A stretch of DNA of 64,000 nt from Octopus vulgaris (Eukaryota). The notes below the pieces were generated by a model. It made no database searches. It was not told the origin of the DNA and saw only the letters and a list, made by a program, of their open reading frames with translations. Location of the stretch: assembly GCA_951406725.2 (NCBI GenBank), contig OX597819.1, positions 124,310,001-124,374,000 of the forward strand, written 5' to 3'. Positions 24,749 to 37,777 of the stretch are shown here, piece after piece. The first letter of the stretch is position 1. Each line of letters starts with the position of its first letter. The translations under genes were made by a program, and so were the position numbers.

Positions 24749-25258
24749 GTGACCTCCTTTAGTCATGAATGACCATGGGATTGCAACTAGAAAGTTACCC
24801 TCCAAGGCACAAGTCTGGGCAAGGTTGTTTATGGAAGACCAGCAGTCGCCCATGTGTACCGGCCTCCCCTCTCCACACCACCGATGTCATCCAAGGGAAA
24901 AGCAAAGGCTGATACAGCTTGGCACCAGTGACATCACAGCTCATTTATTAACGTGCAAGTGTCAGAGCACTGCACAGACACGTGTACCCTTAACGTAGTT
25001 CTCAGGGAGATTCAGCGTGACACAGAGTGTGACAAGGCAGGCTGGCCCTTTGAAATACAGGTACAACAGAAACAGGAAGAAAGAGTGAGAGAAAGCTGTG
25101 GTGAAAGAGTACAGCAGGGTTCACCACCACCCCCTGCCGGAGCCACGTGGAGCTTTAGGTGTTTTCGCTCAATAAACACAATGCCTGGTCTGGGAATTGA
25201 AACTGTGATCCTACGACCGCGAGTCCGCTGCCCTAACCACTGGGCCATTGCGCCTCCA
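24748..25258 (-). mobile_element. tRNA-derived SINE (third family), near full length
   Basis: Minus strand head GGAGGCGCAATGGCCCAGTGGTTAGGGCAGCGGACTCGCGGTCG..GTTTCAATTCC with A and B boxes; inserted in (TA)n. Confidence 0.8.
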
Positions 25259-25292
25259 TATATATATGCGTATTTATATATATATGTATATA

Positions 25293-26310
25293 TAAAAATA
25301 AAACTTACTTGGAAGAAGAAGAAAACGACACGTGCGTTCAATCATATAATAATTTAATAAATAAAACATATGCATACATACCTACATCTATATGTATATA
25401 TACATGCATATATGAGTACAGGACACCACAAATAAACGTAGAACACGAGAAACGAAAAAAGAAAATCAAACAAGGAAACGGACTTTTTTTAACGACAAAA
25501 CAGAGTACAAGACAAACAACACAAGGAACATTCCTCTTCTTCAGCTGCCCCTGTTTTGACTCAATACCTGTTTCAAAGGTAAGGGCAGAACACGACCATG
25601 CCGTAGCAGTCCTTCCCGCAAAATGAATTAAATAAAAAAATTTTGCGGAGGGGTAAAAAAAGTGACAAGAACAGGACGTAACAGCAATACAAATGAAGAA
25701 AAAATACAGTACAAATAAAGATAAAAACAGTAAAAGACCGGACAAAGAAACCAACAATAAGGGCTTTTTTTAAGTCTAGACAGTGGAAAAATTTGTTAGA
25801 ACGCATTCTGAAGATCGGCTTGTGAAGACAGGAAAAAAGCTGATGTTGACTTGTTGAAAGCAGTGGGCAGAAAGAAAGTTAGTAGCCCTCCGGTCAGTGA
25901 CGAGAGAGAGGAGAAGAAACCAGAAAAGGTGAAAAATAAGGAGAGAGACGGGTAGAGAGGAAGACAGACAGGCAGGGAGGAAAGGTCTAGTAAAGAGTTA
26001 AGAGTGCGCGTCATAATTATTGAAATAAAACTTACTTGGAAGAAGAAAAAGAAAACAATGCGTGCGTTCAATCATATAATATCAATTTAATAAATAAAAC
26101 ATACATACATATATGTACATACCTACATCTATATGTATATATACATGCATATATATATGAGTACAGGACACCACAAATAAACGTAGAACACGAGAAACAA
26201 AGATATAAAACCAAACAGGGAAACAGACTTTTTTTAACAACGAAAAAACAAAGTACAAGACAAACAACACAAGGGACATTCCCCTTCTTCAGCTGCCCCT
26301 GTTTCAACTC
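25293..26310. repeat. Direct repeat pair of ~270 bp (25293-25560 and 26022-26310) around a 460 bp spacer
   Basis: AAATAAAACTTACTTGGAAGAAGAA ... TTCAGCTGCCCCTGTTT present twice; probably transposon termini. Confidence 0.75.
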
Positions 26311-26357
26311 AGTGTGTTTGTATGTATGTGTGTATATATATATGTGTGTGTGTGTGT

Positions 26358-27313
26358 TAGGTATCGTCTGGAGGGCAGCCTCTTCAATCTACTGTGCCTC
26401 CAAGCCCATACCAAGACTCAGGAGAGGCTGATCAAAGACCTGTACTTGTCGCCGACACAGAGCGAGCTCTGCAGCGCATCACGTCCTGCTTTGCAGACGC
26501 CTCGTGGCTCTTTGAAGTACCGAACTGAAATCAACACAGCATTTTACATACCTTGGCTGCATCATCTTATTAGATGCAAGGATCAACCAAAATTTTGAAA
26601 ATGGACTCTCTAAGGCAAAAAAACACGTTTGGCAGATTGTAGAAACGTGTTTGGCACAATAACAACCTGAAGAACAAAACAAAGATCAGTGTCTACCACT
26701 CTTCTCTACGGCTCAGAGACCTGGATCACTTACCGCAGTCACATCAGTCTTCTCAAGCGCTTCCACCAGTGATGTCTCCACACCATCCTCAACATACGTG
26801 GGTGTGACTTCGTCACAAACATTGAAGTCTTGGAGCGGGCCGAGATCCCCAGCATTGAAGCCATGCTACTGAAGTCCCATCTCCGATGGGCAGGGCATGT
26901 CTCCAGAATGGAGAACCATTGCCTTCCTAAGATTGCCCTGTTTGTCGAACTCTCTACTGGCCACCGTGTAAGAGGATCTCCAAGGAAGCACTACAAAGCC
27001 TGCCTCGAGAAGTCTCTAACAGCATGTCATATTGACCACCAATACTGGTCAGACCTGGCTGTGGAGTGTGATGTCTGGCGCCACACGATCTTCAACGCAG
27101 TCAGCGAGTTTGAAGAACAAAGAAGAGATGCGCTTAAAGACAAGAGACGTAGAAGGAAGGTGTGTGCCGCCTCAGACACCACACCGGATGTTACCTTTGT
27201 CTGTGGACACTGCTCATGGACCTGCCTTTCTCGTATCGGACTTGTCAGACATGAGCGTGCATGCACACGACTTGGACAGCCTTACTGATCTTCGTTTGCA
27301 AAGCCGAGCCATG

Positions 27314-27318
<5 letters not shown>
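26358..27318 (+). mobile_element. RTE-BovB-like LINE 3' part with internal deletions
   Basis: LLYGSETW, LRWAGHVSRM, LPKIALF, C-terminal zinc finger CGHC...SRIGLVRHERAC. Confidence 0.88.
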
Positions 27319-27344
<26 letters not shown>

Positions 27345-27347
<3 letters not shown>

Positions 27348-27830
27348 AGTAGGTGAATGAATTATCCTATGTTTATCGTCAGCATGGAAAATTTGTTTAA
27401 CCGAAACCTGGGTAGCAAATTCACGTCAGAAAACACGGTTGAAGCGACCTGTCATGGGTAGAAACTCCGGGTTCATGTGTAGAAATTTGTGTGTTGTATA
27501 TGAATAAATGAAAGAATGGAGTCAAAGGAGCACACACCCACACATTTCCATACATACAGCAAACATACTGTCTCCTACTATCCATTTTTGACGTCAATGC
27601 TTATAACGGATTTTTTTAAAAAAACACTCATTATCGCTTTGGTTACCATGTAGGCAATCATTGAAATTTTTGTCTTGTTGAGAGAGGCTCCTTTTCTTTC
27701 CTGATGAGAAGATTGCATAATGCATCCTTTATTCCTTCGGAATGAAAATATGCTGTCTTCGAAACATGTGTCGAGAGTAAAGGAATCTTGTTAACATCTT
27801 CGTTCGACTCCATTCTTTCATTTATATATA
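27345..27830. mobile_element. Penelope-like terminal repeat relic with hammerhead (rearranged relative of 54500-54890)
   Basis: 27351-27482 is inverted-similar to 54755-54890; 27660-27815 is directly similar to 54580-54735; flanked by (TA)n. Confidence 0.55.
27689..27784 (+). ncRNA. Type I hammerhead ribozyme motif, intact core
   Basis: CTGATGA at 27701, stem II GAAGA/TCTTC, GAAAC-ATGT-GTC with cleavage after 27772, stem I TCCTTTTCTTTC/GAGAGTAAAGGA pairs at 11 of 12 positions. Confidence 0.8.
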
Positions 27831-28675
27831 TATATAATGTTTGTGTTTTGGAATCTGGTGTGACTCTTGATTGATTGGTCCAAGGCTACAGTGGAAGACA
27901 CTCGCCCAAGGTGCCATGCAATGGGACTGAACCCAGTACCATTTTGTTGAGAGGCAAACTTCTTATCACACAACCACATCTTTTTTTGCTAGTGTCACAA
28001 TCCTTACCACTTAATTATAAGAAAAGAAGCAGTAATCTAATAATGAGGGATCAGTGTGTGCACACACCAACTCAGCTGAAAATAAAAAAACTAAAAGCAT
28101 TTGTCTTTTATGTTCAGTGGATTTTATCTTTAGATTTTATTTATACTGAAAATTTCAAGTGAAAACTAAAATTTCTTTTTTAAAAATTCTTCTGCTTGTC
28201 ATTTATTCACTTTTTACTTGAAGCATTATAGTTTGAATTTTTTTACAACTATTCTATTATCACAATATGTTACTACTTGTATATTTTTTTTCTCTTTCAC
28301 ATGAAAGGTGTCAAAGAAAAATATTGTGGCAGCTACGGTGGTGGTTTTTCTGTTGCCAGATGTACTAAAGAGTAAAGCATTGTTGACATTTTATACCAAT
28401 ACTAAGGCTGTTTTATGATTAAAATAATAAAATAAAGGCTCTCTGTTAATTCTGATACTCTTACTTACCAAATTAGTAATTGCAAAATCCTTTGTTTCCT
28501 TGGAGTTGGGACAAATGATTGCACTTGAGTAGAAACTGCATGTAATCGAGTTTTTGTTGTTATATTTTTCTGTAATCAGATCTTCTGTTATTAGGCTTTA
28601 TTTGTTTTTCCGTACCTGTAAGTAATAACTATACAGAGTAGGACAATACTCCACTTATCTCTGTCTTCCTCGACA

Positions 28676-28717
<42 letters not shown>

Positions 28718-28719
<2 letters not shown>

Positions 28720-29358
28720 CAGTTGAGAGAACCTGTGGGAAAGGTAGACCCAGGAAGACCTGGGATGAGGTGGTGAAGCATGACCTTCAAACATTGGGCT
28801 TCACCGAGGCAATGACTAGTGACCGGGACCTCTGGAAATATGCTGTGCTTGAGAAGACTCGGCAAGCGCAAGTGAGACCATAACCTTGTGGCCTATGCCA
28901 GGGGTGTAACCAGTCCACTTATGCGTGCCTTTCCTTCATTGGACACTAAATTCTGCTTGCGACGACCAGTTGAGGCAAGTGAAATCGAAGTCGGAATCAA
29001 ACTCGGTGACTGGCATCCGTTGCTAGTGAAGCGCTAAGAGTACCATATGAGTGAGATCATTACCAGAGCAACAAGCTGGCCTTTGTGCTGATGGCACGTT
29101 AAACACACCATTCGAGCGTGATAGTTACCACATCGCCTTGCTAGCACTTGTGCTGGTGGCATGTGAAACATTCGAGCGAGGTTGTCGCCAGTGCCAGTGG
29201 CACGTAAAGACACCCACTACACTCTCAGAGTGGTTGGCGTTAGGAAGGGCATCCAGCTGTAGAAACTCTGCCGGATCAGATTCGAGTCTGGTTTGCCAGA
29301 CCTCATCAAATCGTCCAACTCATGTTAGCATGGAAAGTGGACATTAAACGATGATGAT
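28718..29358 (+). mobile_element. RTE LINE 3' end: ORF C-terminus, 3' UTR and (GAT)n tail
   Basis: VERTCGKGRPRKTWDEVVKHDLQTLGFTEAMTSDRDLWKYAVLEKTRQAQV* leads directly into the common repeat. Confidence 0.88.
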
Positions 29359-30110
29359 ATATATATATATATACACACACACACAATCATAACACTTCTG
29401 ACAGGCAGGTTTCTGTACCAAGACTTGTCTAGCATTCTGTTTGTCTTCTCTATTGTCTCTCAACTTCTACAATAGCTTCTGTCACACTCCTTCCATGTAA
29501 TGTGATGTGATGAAAGGAATAGAAAATTACTATTTGACACTTGGACCCAAACTACCTTTCAGAATTGCACCCTGCTGGAACCTTTTTCCTATCTCTATTC
29601 TTTTCTCTCCAATAATTAACAACTTGCCTCAATTAGCTATACTAATCCCATCGAGATGGTACCTCCTATTCAACTATTTTAACCCTGGGTACTGCCTTTC
29701 CTCTTGAAAAGAAGTTTGTTATAATGTCATAGTCGAAGTTGAGATATTTGTTTTATCTGATTATTATAAAATGACCCCCTCCCCCCTTCAAATTTCTACA
29801 TCAACATATTGCAGTTATGTCTTTATGGCTTTTTTTGCTGGTGTGGGGAGCTTTATTTATCAACCCATTGCCTCGAAGGGCTTCTGCTATCAGCTTCTAA
29901 CCTTTTCTAAATCTTGTCTTTTTTTTTTTTTTGATGGAATATAGCAATTTTGTATTTTCGTATGTACTATTCTAAGCATCCCCCACCCCCTTAAGTGGTA
30001 TGATTTTCAGTCAACACCAGTTTTAATAATCAAGCCTTACTATGATTTATACTCTTACAACTTTTTTTTGTGTTGTCAGTGGACATATCTCTCTGAATGG
30101 TGTTCTTAAC

Positions 30111-30454
30111 TCTCTATATATAAACGGCAAAATGTCTGTGTGCATGTCTTTTACACAAATCCACAATTTTTCAGTTAGAGGGCTCGCACTTTCTATGGTC
30201 ATTGAAAACCGTCTAAGGGTGGTCGTGCACATCTTTACATTTCCCCAGTCACCCTGCAAGGCCATTAAAAAATCAATAGAAGTGACTTTTTTTGTGAATT
30301 TTCTATCCGAAACCCAATCAAAATGCCCGAAACTTGATACGCCAATTGAATGCTGGCTAGCTGTATGTGATTGGTTGGAGATTTGGACAGTACTCGTGTG
30401 TATATGCGCACGCACTCAGCTGTATGACCCAGTGTTGCTGGGTCATAGTGCTAG
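30111..30454 (+). mobile_element. Non-autonomous Helitron-like element
   Basis: 5' TC; 3' TATGACCCAG..CTGGGTCATA hairpin then CTAG|T. Confidence 0.78.
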
Positions 30455-31255
30455 TATATATTAAAAAAGCTTCTTTCAGTTTTAAGATTTCTAGCATTGC
30501 AGTGCAATTTATTTGTGACAGAGGTTAAGTCGAGTGTCACATGCAATTAATTGTATTACTGGAGTCAGTAAAAATCTACCATCTCCAACATCAGCTAAAT
30601 GTAAATTTCAATATAAATCATTAAAAATTCCATTTCTACAGATACCGATTTCACTTTTTCTACACAGAAATTAGTCAATTTAGATTTAAGAGCTTTTTTT
30701 TCTCTAAAGGAGAATTAAGTAGCCGTTGTACTTCTTAGAACAAAATGTTAGTAAATTTGGGATTTGTATTTTTGATTTAACCCCTCTCTTATGGAGACAA
30801 TATTTCTTGTATAAATTTCGTACAACTAAAGTTTCCAGTCATTTACAAATGTAATTTTAAAAATTTCTTTTAATGTAGTCTTTCATGTTATCTTAATGTT
30901 TATATTCGTGGAAACGAAGGGTTGTGTATTTTTATTTAAAATATAAACTTGTTTTAGGCATTCTTCTTTCTTTTACTTTTAAACCTTAATGTATTTTACA
31001 TACTTAAAATGGTTAACTAAAATATTCTTGCTTTTCTTTTTTCTTTTTTTTGTACTATTTTTTATAGTTTATTTTTATATTCTTTTATCTCCATAGCCTT
31101 TTGGTAAAAATCATCTCTTTATATTTTGTAAATTTCATCTTGTGTCTAATTGTTTGTAACTTTTATTAAATATTTTTTAAAAAGCCATAAGAGTATAACC
31201 AAAGCTAACAGGTTATGATGCTGAAAGACAACCTAATGATTCAACATTTGCTGTC

Positions 31256-34200
31256 TGATGTAAGACAGTTTACAAAAGACGGGCAGGACCTTATGAAAAT
31301 TAGGGTTAGCATCAAAGCGTTCCAGTCGAAGAAATCACTTTATTTTGAAAGTTAAATAGATTGAAATAAGACAATTTACAAAAAGACAGATGTGACTTTA
31401 TGATTGGTTTTTATTTAGCATTCAGTACAGCATACTTCACAGTATGTACTATAAAAGCAGACAAGATGGCAAGAGTTAATCATGAGCACTGAAACATCTA
31501 ATGAGGACAAACTTTAGATACAAACAAATCATGCTATTTATAACATCCGCCCTTTCTATGAGGAAGAGAACAGATCGTACATAAAAGGAAGAAGAAACAT
31601 TTTACAACACGTGTTTGTTTGAACAGTTTTGTTGTTTGTTCAGGGGTGTTAAGGTTTCTCAATCTTCCATACAGTGTGACTATTTAGGATCTAGGCTTCT
31701 CTATTATGCAAGTTGTAAGGTCTGGTCTGGATAAAGGAAGTGCAGTGATGGTGTGATGGCGAATTAGTGGAAAGATTAGGGTTAGTATTGGAGTTAAGGG
31801 ATTCATTTTGATTAGTATTATAGTCAGCAGAAGACTTCACATCTTATGCTTCATCAGGTAGCGCACATATGTCTTGGGTTTGATCAACTGCTCCTTTCCA
31901 CAAAAGGAGAATGTTCATATCGTTCACAAGTGTTAGTAAGCCTTACTTGAGGGGTACTCCTGTCTTTCAGCAGGTGCAACTGGTCCATGGGGCTGCTGCA
32001 AGATAGGGGCTGGCTCTTGAACATGAAAGTCTGCTGTGTCCTTTCTTTTGGGTGGAGCCAGCTGACTTAGAGACACAGTAGTTTCTCCCCCATCCCCTAG
32101 AGTGGGATTGCAGTTCAGTAATTCCACTTCATTCACCAGCGGTTCATATTTGGAAGTTCTCACATTTCGTCTCATCAGAACAGAACTTGGTGATAGATCC
32201 CAGCTGGGAAGAGTTGTAATAGTTGTAGATTTACGGTTATATCAGAGAAGTCTTTCAGGAAGCATTTCATTGGTCGCTGTACACAGGAAAGACCTGACTG
32301 GATGCAGAGAATCTTGCCGAACCAGTTCCCACTGAGTGATTGTCGATCCTTTTGTCTTCAGAGCCAGTGTCACAGTTATCCACAGAGACGTTCATCTTAA
32401 CCATCTCCTCTGGGATTAAATGCCTTAGTTCTACTCGTAATTCCCTTGCTGTGTAAAAACTCTTTCAGTTCAAACAATTTTTTGATAGTTGACGCACTCA
32501 TGTCAGGACAAGGGAAGGCAAAAGGGAAACGAGAGTATTCATCAATGGCTGTAAGAAGATACTTGTTGTCGGAATTAGAAGGCAAAGTCCTTTAAAGTCA
32601 ACACTGAGTCTCTCAAAAGGTTGTGTTGCTTTAATCAAATGAGAGTCAGAATGTTGGAAGAAAGGAGATTTGAGTTCACAGCTGACATTACAGTTTGCAG
32701 TCATTTGCTTCACTTCTTTGATGGAGAAGGATAAGTTTTTAGATTTTACAAAGTGAAACCTTTTAGAGATTCCTGGATGACAAAGAGAGGAATGGATTTC
32801 TTAAAGTCTTTAGAACTACCCGGGGTAGAAACATAACAGAAAGCATGAGATAGTGCATCAGCTGCAAGATTTTCAGTTCCAGGCCTGTAGACAACATCGT
32901 AACTGTAGCAAGACAATTCAATATACTAGTGCTGTATTTTAGCTATTTCTTTACTACCCACAAGGGGCTAAACACAGAGGGGACAAACAAGGACAGACAA
33001 ACGGATTAAGTCGATTACATCAACCCCAGTGTGTAACTGGTACTTGATTTATCGACCCCGAAAGGATGAAAGGCAAAGTCAACCTTGGCGGAATTTGAAC
33101 TCAGAACGTAACGGCAGACAAAATACGGCTACACATTTTACCCGGCGCACTAACGTTTCTGCTAGTGCTGTATTTTATCATTGTTGATTTTGCTCATCTG
33201 GGCATTGTCAAGCATGAAAGTAATACCCTTTTGGTCTGTGATTAATTTGAAATGCTTCTACTTTCAACTGATTCCTTTCACTTGGACTCAGTGATCTTGA
33301 GAAAAAGGGGAACGGTTTTCCACATTGATTAAGAGTTTCTGCGATAGCTATGTCTGAGGCATCTGTCGTCTCACCCACTAGGGATAGTGTTGGGTTAGTA
33401 GTCACAACAATTGCTTTTGCAATTTCTGCTTTCAGATACTCAAAGGCATTTTTCATTTTCACTTGTAAGAGGAATGTTTTATTTTTTATCAGAGGATGGA
33501 TTTTATCAGAAAAATGCGAAATTCATGATGATACCAATGACCCTTTTTTGAGATTTGGAGTCATGTGGGTCGGCAAGTTCCTCCAACAGTTGCAATCTCT
33601 CGGGATCAGGTTTGATGTTTGACCTTTGATCCTTGAGACCCTAGTAACTTGATTTCCTTTGCACTGATAAAGCTCTTTTCACTGAAGATTATGTTATACT
33701 TCTTAGCACAGTCAAGGAAGTGGGCGAGATTTTTGTCATGGTCTTCTTCATTCTCTCCACTGATGGTAATAATATTATCCAAATGTGCAAAAGTATTCTT
33801 GATCTTCTCTTCTCTAATCATATTGTCCTGATGCATTCAAAAAAGGCAATTCCATTGGTGAGTCCGAAAGGAATATGCTTAAAATGGTACAAGTTGCCTC
33901 TGGCTTCGAAAGCTGTAAAATGTCTCTCTTCTTCCTTAATTGGTATCTGATGATAGGTGCTGTGAAGATCTAATGTATTGTACATTTCGTATCTTGCTTT
34001 AATCTCAACCATCTCATCGATTCTCGGCAATGGATAAGCATTGAGCTGAGTGAAGCGGTTCATGGTCTGACTGTAATCAACTACAAGTTTTTTCTTGTGT
34101 TTTTCATTTGTTGTTACCAAAAGCTGAGCTCTCCTGGGTGAGAGTTTGAACGCTTAGTGATGTCATCACGTAACAGTTTTCGTATTTAGGAGTCAATGCG

Positions 34201-35630
34201 AGACTGTTGCAATTGGTTTGCAATCCAGGGACAATTTGTGAAATAAGACGGTGCTTCAACCTTTGCTGCTGCTATTCCATGCACAGAAAAAGTAGGCTTT
34301 TCTCCTATGAAAGAAATCTGAAGTCCTTCATACTGGTCCAAGAAATCATGTCCCAGTATAACATCTGAACACAGTGAGAGTAACAAGAAAAGTTTTACAT
34401 TGTCATACACTTGACCTTGGTAGCAGAGATGCACAAGACAATGTCCTTTTGTTACACTTTAAAGTTTTGTGGAAGCCATGGAAATCTTTCTCCCTGAGGG
34501 ATAAGTGTTTAGTTCCAGGGATTTGGCAAGATCAGAGCAGATGTAGCTCTGAAAATTTCCAGTGTAGACGAGCTTTGACAGAGGCGTCATTGATGGAAAT
34601 ATTGATGATAGCTTTAGACAAGCTAGTAAGTGCAGCTGCAGTGATAATTGAGGATCCATGGTAGATACAAATTCAGATTGCATAGAATTAGGCTTAGATT
34701 GGCAAACCTTTAAGAAATGTTGTTTTTTACCACATCTTTTGCAGTTGTCATTCTGTTCAGGACATTTTGGCCTAGGAGAGCGAAAGTAACCACAAAAGAA
34801 ACATTTTGAAGTGTTCACTGCTGCTGTCATAGATGACGTCTCTTCAGATTCAGGATTCTTAGTCAAAGATACTACCACAGGGAGTATGGGTTGTGTAAAT
34901 AAGGGATTGCTTTTCAGCCATTTCAAGAGATGGAGCTAGGTCAAAAGCCCTTTGGAGGTCAAGAGTTTTATTTTCCAACAGTCTCTGTCTGATATGATTT
35001 GAGTTTAAACTACTGATGAAAGCATCTCAAATGGTGTCTTCGTGATTTTTTTTTCTGCAGTAACAGCTTTAAAGTTGCATTCTTTGGAAAATCCTTTAAG
35101 TTTTTGTAAAATCTGGTCTAAGATTTGACCCAGATCTTGTTTTGTAGTGGCAAGAATATGCCTAGCGAATATTTCATTTCTTGGTTTAACAGAGAAATTT
35201 TCAAGAGTTTCAATAGCAGTTTCATAATCAGAACATTGTATAATATATTTGTATGCTGACAGAGCCACAAAATTTATCATCAAGTGGAGTTTTTATCAGG
35301 ATTTTGATCTTCAGTGGAGGATAAGAAATTGTTGAGAGTTCAGTGCCAGTGGTTCCAGTTCTTTGCAGCATCGGGAGAATCAGGGTTAGCATCAAAGCGT
35401 TCCAGTCGAAGAAATCACTTTATTTTGAATGTTAAATCAATTGAAATAAGACAATTTACAAAAAGACAGGTTTGACTTTAATGATTGGTTTTATTTAGCA
35501 TTCAGTACAGCATACTTCACAGTATGATCTACAATAAAAGCGGACAAGATGGCAACAGTTAATCACGAGCAGTGAAACATCTTAAGAGGACAAACTTTGG
35601 ATACAAGCACAAATCATGCTATTTATGACA
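31256..35630 (-). mobile_element. Decayed near-full-length Ty3/Gypsy LTR retrotransposon
   Basis: LTRs ~35442-35630 and ~31362-31545; polypurine tract AGAAAGGGCGGA at 31557-31546; gag CKRCGKKQHFLKVC, RT (VVDYSQT, YPLPRIDE, PFGLTNG), RNase H (TDASD), integrase (PFERLSVDFKG, IDEYSRFPFA) in Gypsy order; many stops and frameshifts. Confidence 0.92.
32942..33161 (-). mobile_element. SINE family C inserted in the Gypsy pol, 16 bp TSD
   Basis: CTAGTGCTGTATTTTA at 32926-32941 and 33162-33177; body GCCTTTCATCCTTTCGGGGTCGATAAA shared with 39913 and 63526. Confidence 0.88.
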
Positions 35631-35810
35631 CTGAATATGATTAGTCCAATTAAAAATGCAGGACTCAGAAGTACCGTAAAGTGAAGGTTTTGTGTACTAA
35701 TTTCTGCATCCCTGGTTTATCAGCTCTATTAAATCTTGGCATTCAATATGTTGCTACAGATTCAACGGATTTGGATGAAATTTGCTGATTTGATTTAATG
35801 ATCATTAGTC

Positions 35811-36345
35811 ATCATCATCATCGTTTAACGTCTGCTTTCCATGCAAACATGGGTTGGACGATTTTGACTGATGGGCTGGCGAACCAGATGGCTGCACCAG
35901 GCTTCAATCTTGATCTGGCAGTTTTTACAGCTGGATGCCCTTCCTAATGCCAACTACTCCGAGAGTGTAGTGGGTGTTTTTACATGCCACCGGCACAGGG
36001 CAAGTCAGACGGCACTGGCAACAACCTCGCTTGAATCTTTTACACATGCCACCGGCGCGGGCGCCAGTAAGGTGATGCTAGTAACGATCTTGCTCGAATG
36101 GTGTTTTTTACATGCCACCGGCACGGAGGCCAGATAACTGTTCTGGCAACGATCACGCTCGGATGGTGCTCTTAATACCCAGGGCTTGAGTGCCAGTAGT
36201 GCGACGCTGGTAACGATCACGCTCGAATGGTACCTTTTAAGTGCCACTGGCACGGAAGCCAGTTAGCTGCTCTGTCAATGATCACACTTGTATGGTGCTC
36301 TTTGCACTCCGCTAGCACGGACGCCAGTCATCGAATTTGATTTTA
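35811..36345 (-). mobile_element. RTE LINE 3' UTR with internal tandem units
   Basis: (CAT)n start, repeated TGCCACCGGCAC units. Confidence 0.78.
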
Positions 36346-37189
36346 CATTGTAAATGTGCTTTTCACTTATTGTTGATTTTTACTTGTTCTTATGTCACTT
36401 TTACCTGCCCAATTAGTTGAACACAAGTAAGTTGATTGATTACCTGTCAGCATTTTCAGATATATTTACAAGATATTGACTCCTCGCCTGAATTCTCTTT
36501 CTCAGAGTTGAATCGGTGTTCCAGTAGTCTCTATAACTTGGAAATTATGCAACTAGCATCACAAAAAGCTTTCTGAGAGAAGCCTTCATCTCCCCCCTTG
36601 ATGTAATAAAGGTGGCATTGTTCCCATTGTTCATCCTGACAAATATCTAAATAACAGTAATATCAACAGTTACGATTCCACCATAGGCACAGATTTTTTT
36701 TTCTCACAGTCAGGTTATAATGTCTGTGCAAAGAATTTTGAGCAGTCTTGAAATTCTTTGCATGGATCTTAACCCGATCAAGAAAATTAAATCTTTTACT
36801 GTTGTATAAAAGCATTTACTGCTCATTTCACTGGGCTTCAATGCTATCCTATTCATTTATTTTAATTTTTCTAGGCTACAGAGATACCTATGTTTATACT
36901 AGTCTGACAAATACTATGGTTTTGCAGATCATTGTGGAATCATTTTGAGAGCCCAGCTCTCCATGTTATTCCCACATGAATGCAATTCGGCATGACATGC
37001 TATTGAAACTCATTAATTTTATTATGACACTGCTATTATACAGTGGAAGGTTTTTCCTCTCTCGAAGGATCTATTTGCAGCTAAGCGAACTGGATCGTTT
37101 AGAGTTAAGTATCTTGACCTTAACGAGATACAAATTACTGACTGCTGCTCTGGTTGAACTCTACTCTATCAACTAGTATTCGCCATTGA

Positions 37190-37452
37190 GAGTTCATGGA
37201 AGAAGTTTTGTGGGAATGTGGATTTCCCAAGCGGTCCCCAACAATCCCGCATATAGAGACATCCTGTTTGCCGCAGATTGTCTGCAGACGCAGGGACAGA
37301 ACAACCGAGGAGCCGCCGGTTGCCGAAACAGATACTCTGAGGATTTTCACCAGAGCCCCTTCTGCCGGGTTGTGGCCCTAATACCACTCGGTGTCAGACC
37401 AATCCGCCTTGGGTGGCCCTACCAGGAAACGAAGTTCCCGACGGCATAGCTT
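37190..37452 (-). mobile_element. RTE LINE 5' UTR-like fragment
   Basis: Minus strand AGCTATGCCGTCGGG...CCTGGTAGGGCCACCCAAGGCGGA resembles RTE/BovB 5' leaders (recognised from memory). Confidence 0.45.
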
Positions 37453-37777
37453 TGACACTACCTATTGCCAGCTTTAAATTTGTAGAAAAAATAAAGAAAA
37501 GAAATTTTAACTCTAGATAAAGGAAAAGTATAGCTATTCTTAAAGAGATAGACTTTGTCTTCTTCCTTGCACAAAATTGATTTGCCCAATCATTTTGTGA
37601 GGATTAATGATAATTATACTTTTTTAATCTATGTTTATTTGTCAGATTTAAAACAAAATAATAATCACTTGTTTATATGGAAATTTTTTTTTTTACTTAA
37701 AGGCTTTAGCCATGTTGTTGTGGCTTTTTCAAAAATGTTCTTTATTAAAGAAAACTAGAAGTAGTTGATGGCTTTTG

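Noticed and set aside
17274-24853. Long ORFs rich in C/V/Y/I/M or H/T/Y/I, up to 354 aa
   Set aside because: Translations of (TA/TG)n microsatellites, which lack stop codons by composition
25185-25258. tRNA-like sequence on the minus strand (also SINE heads at 10826, 11760, 63526)
   Set aside because: A and B boxes continue into SINE bodies with no complete cloverleaf; these are SINE heads, not tRNA genes
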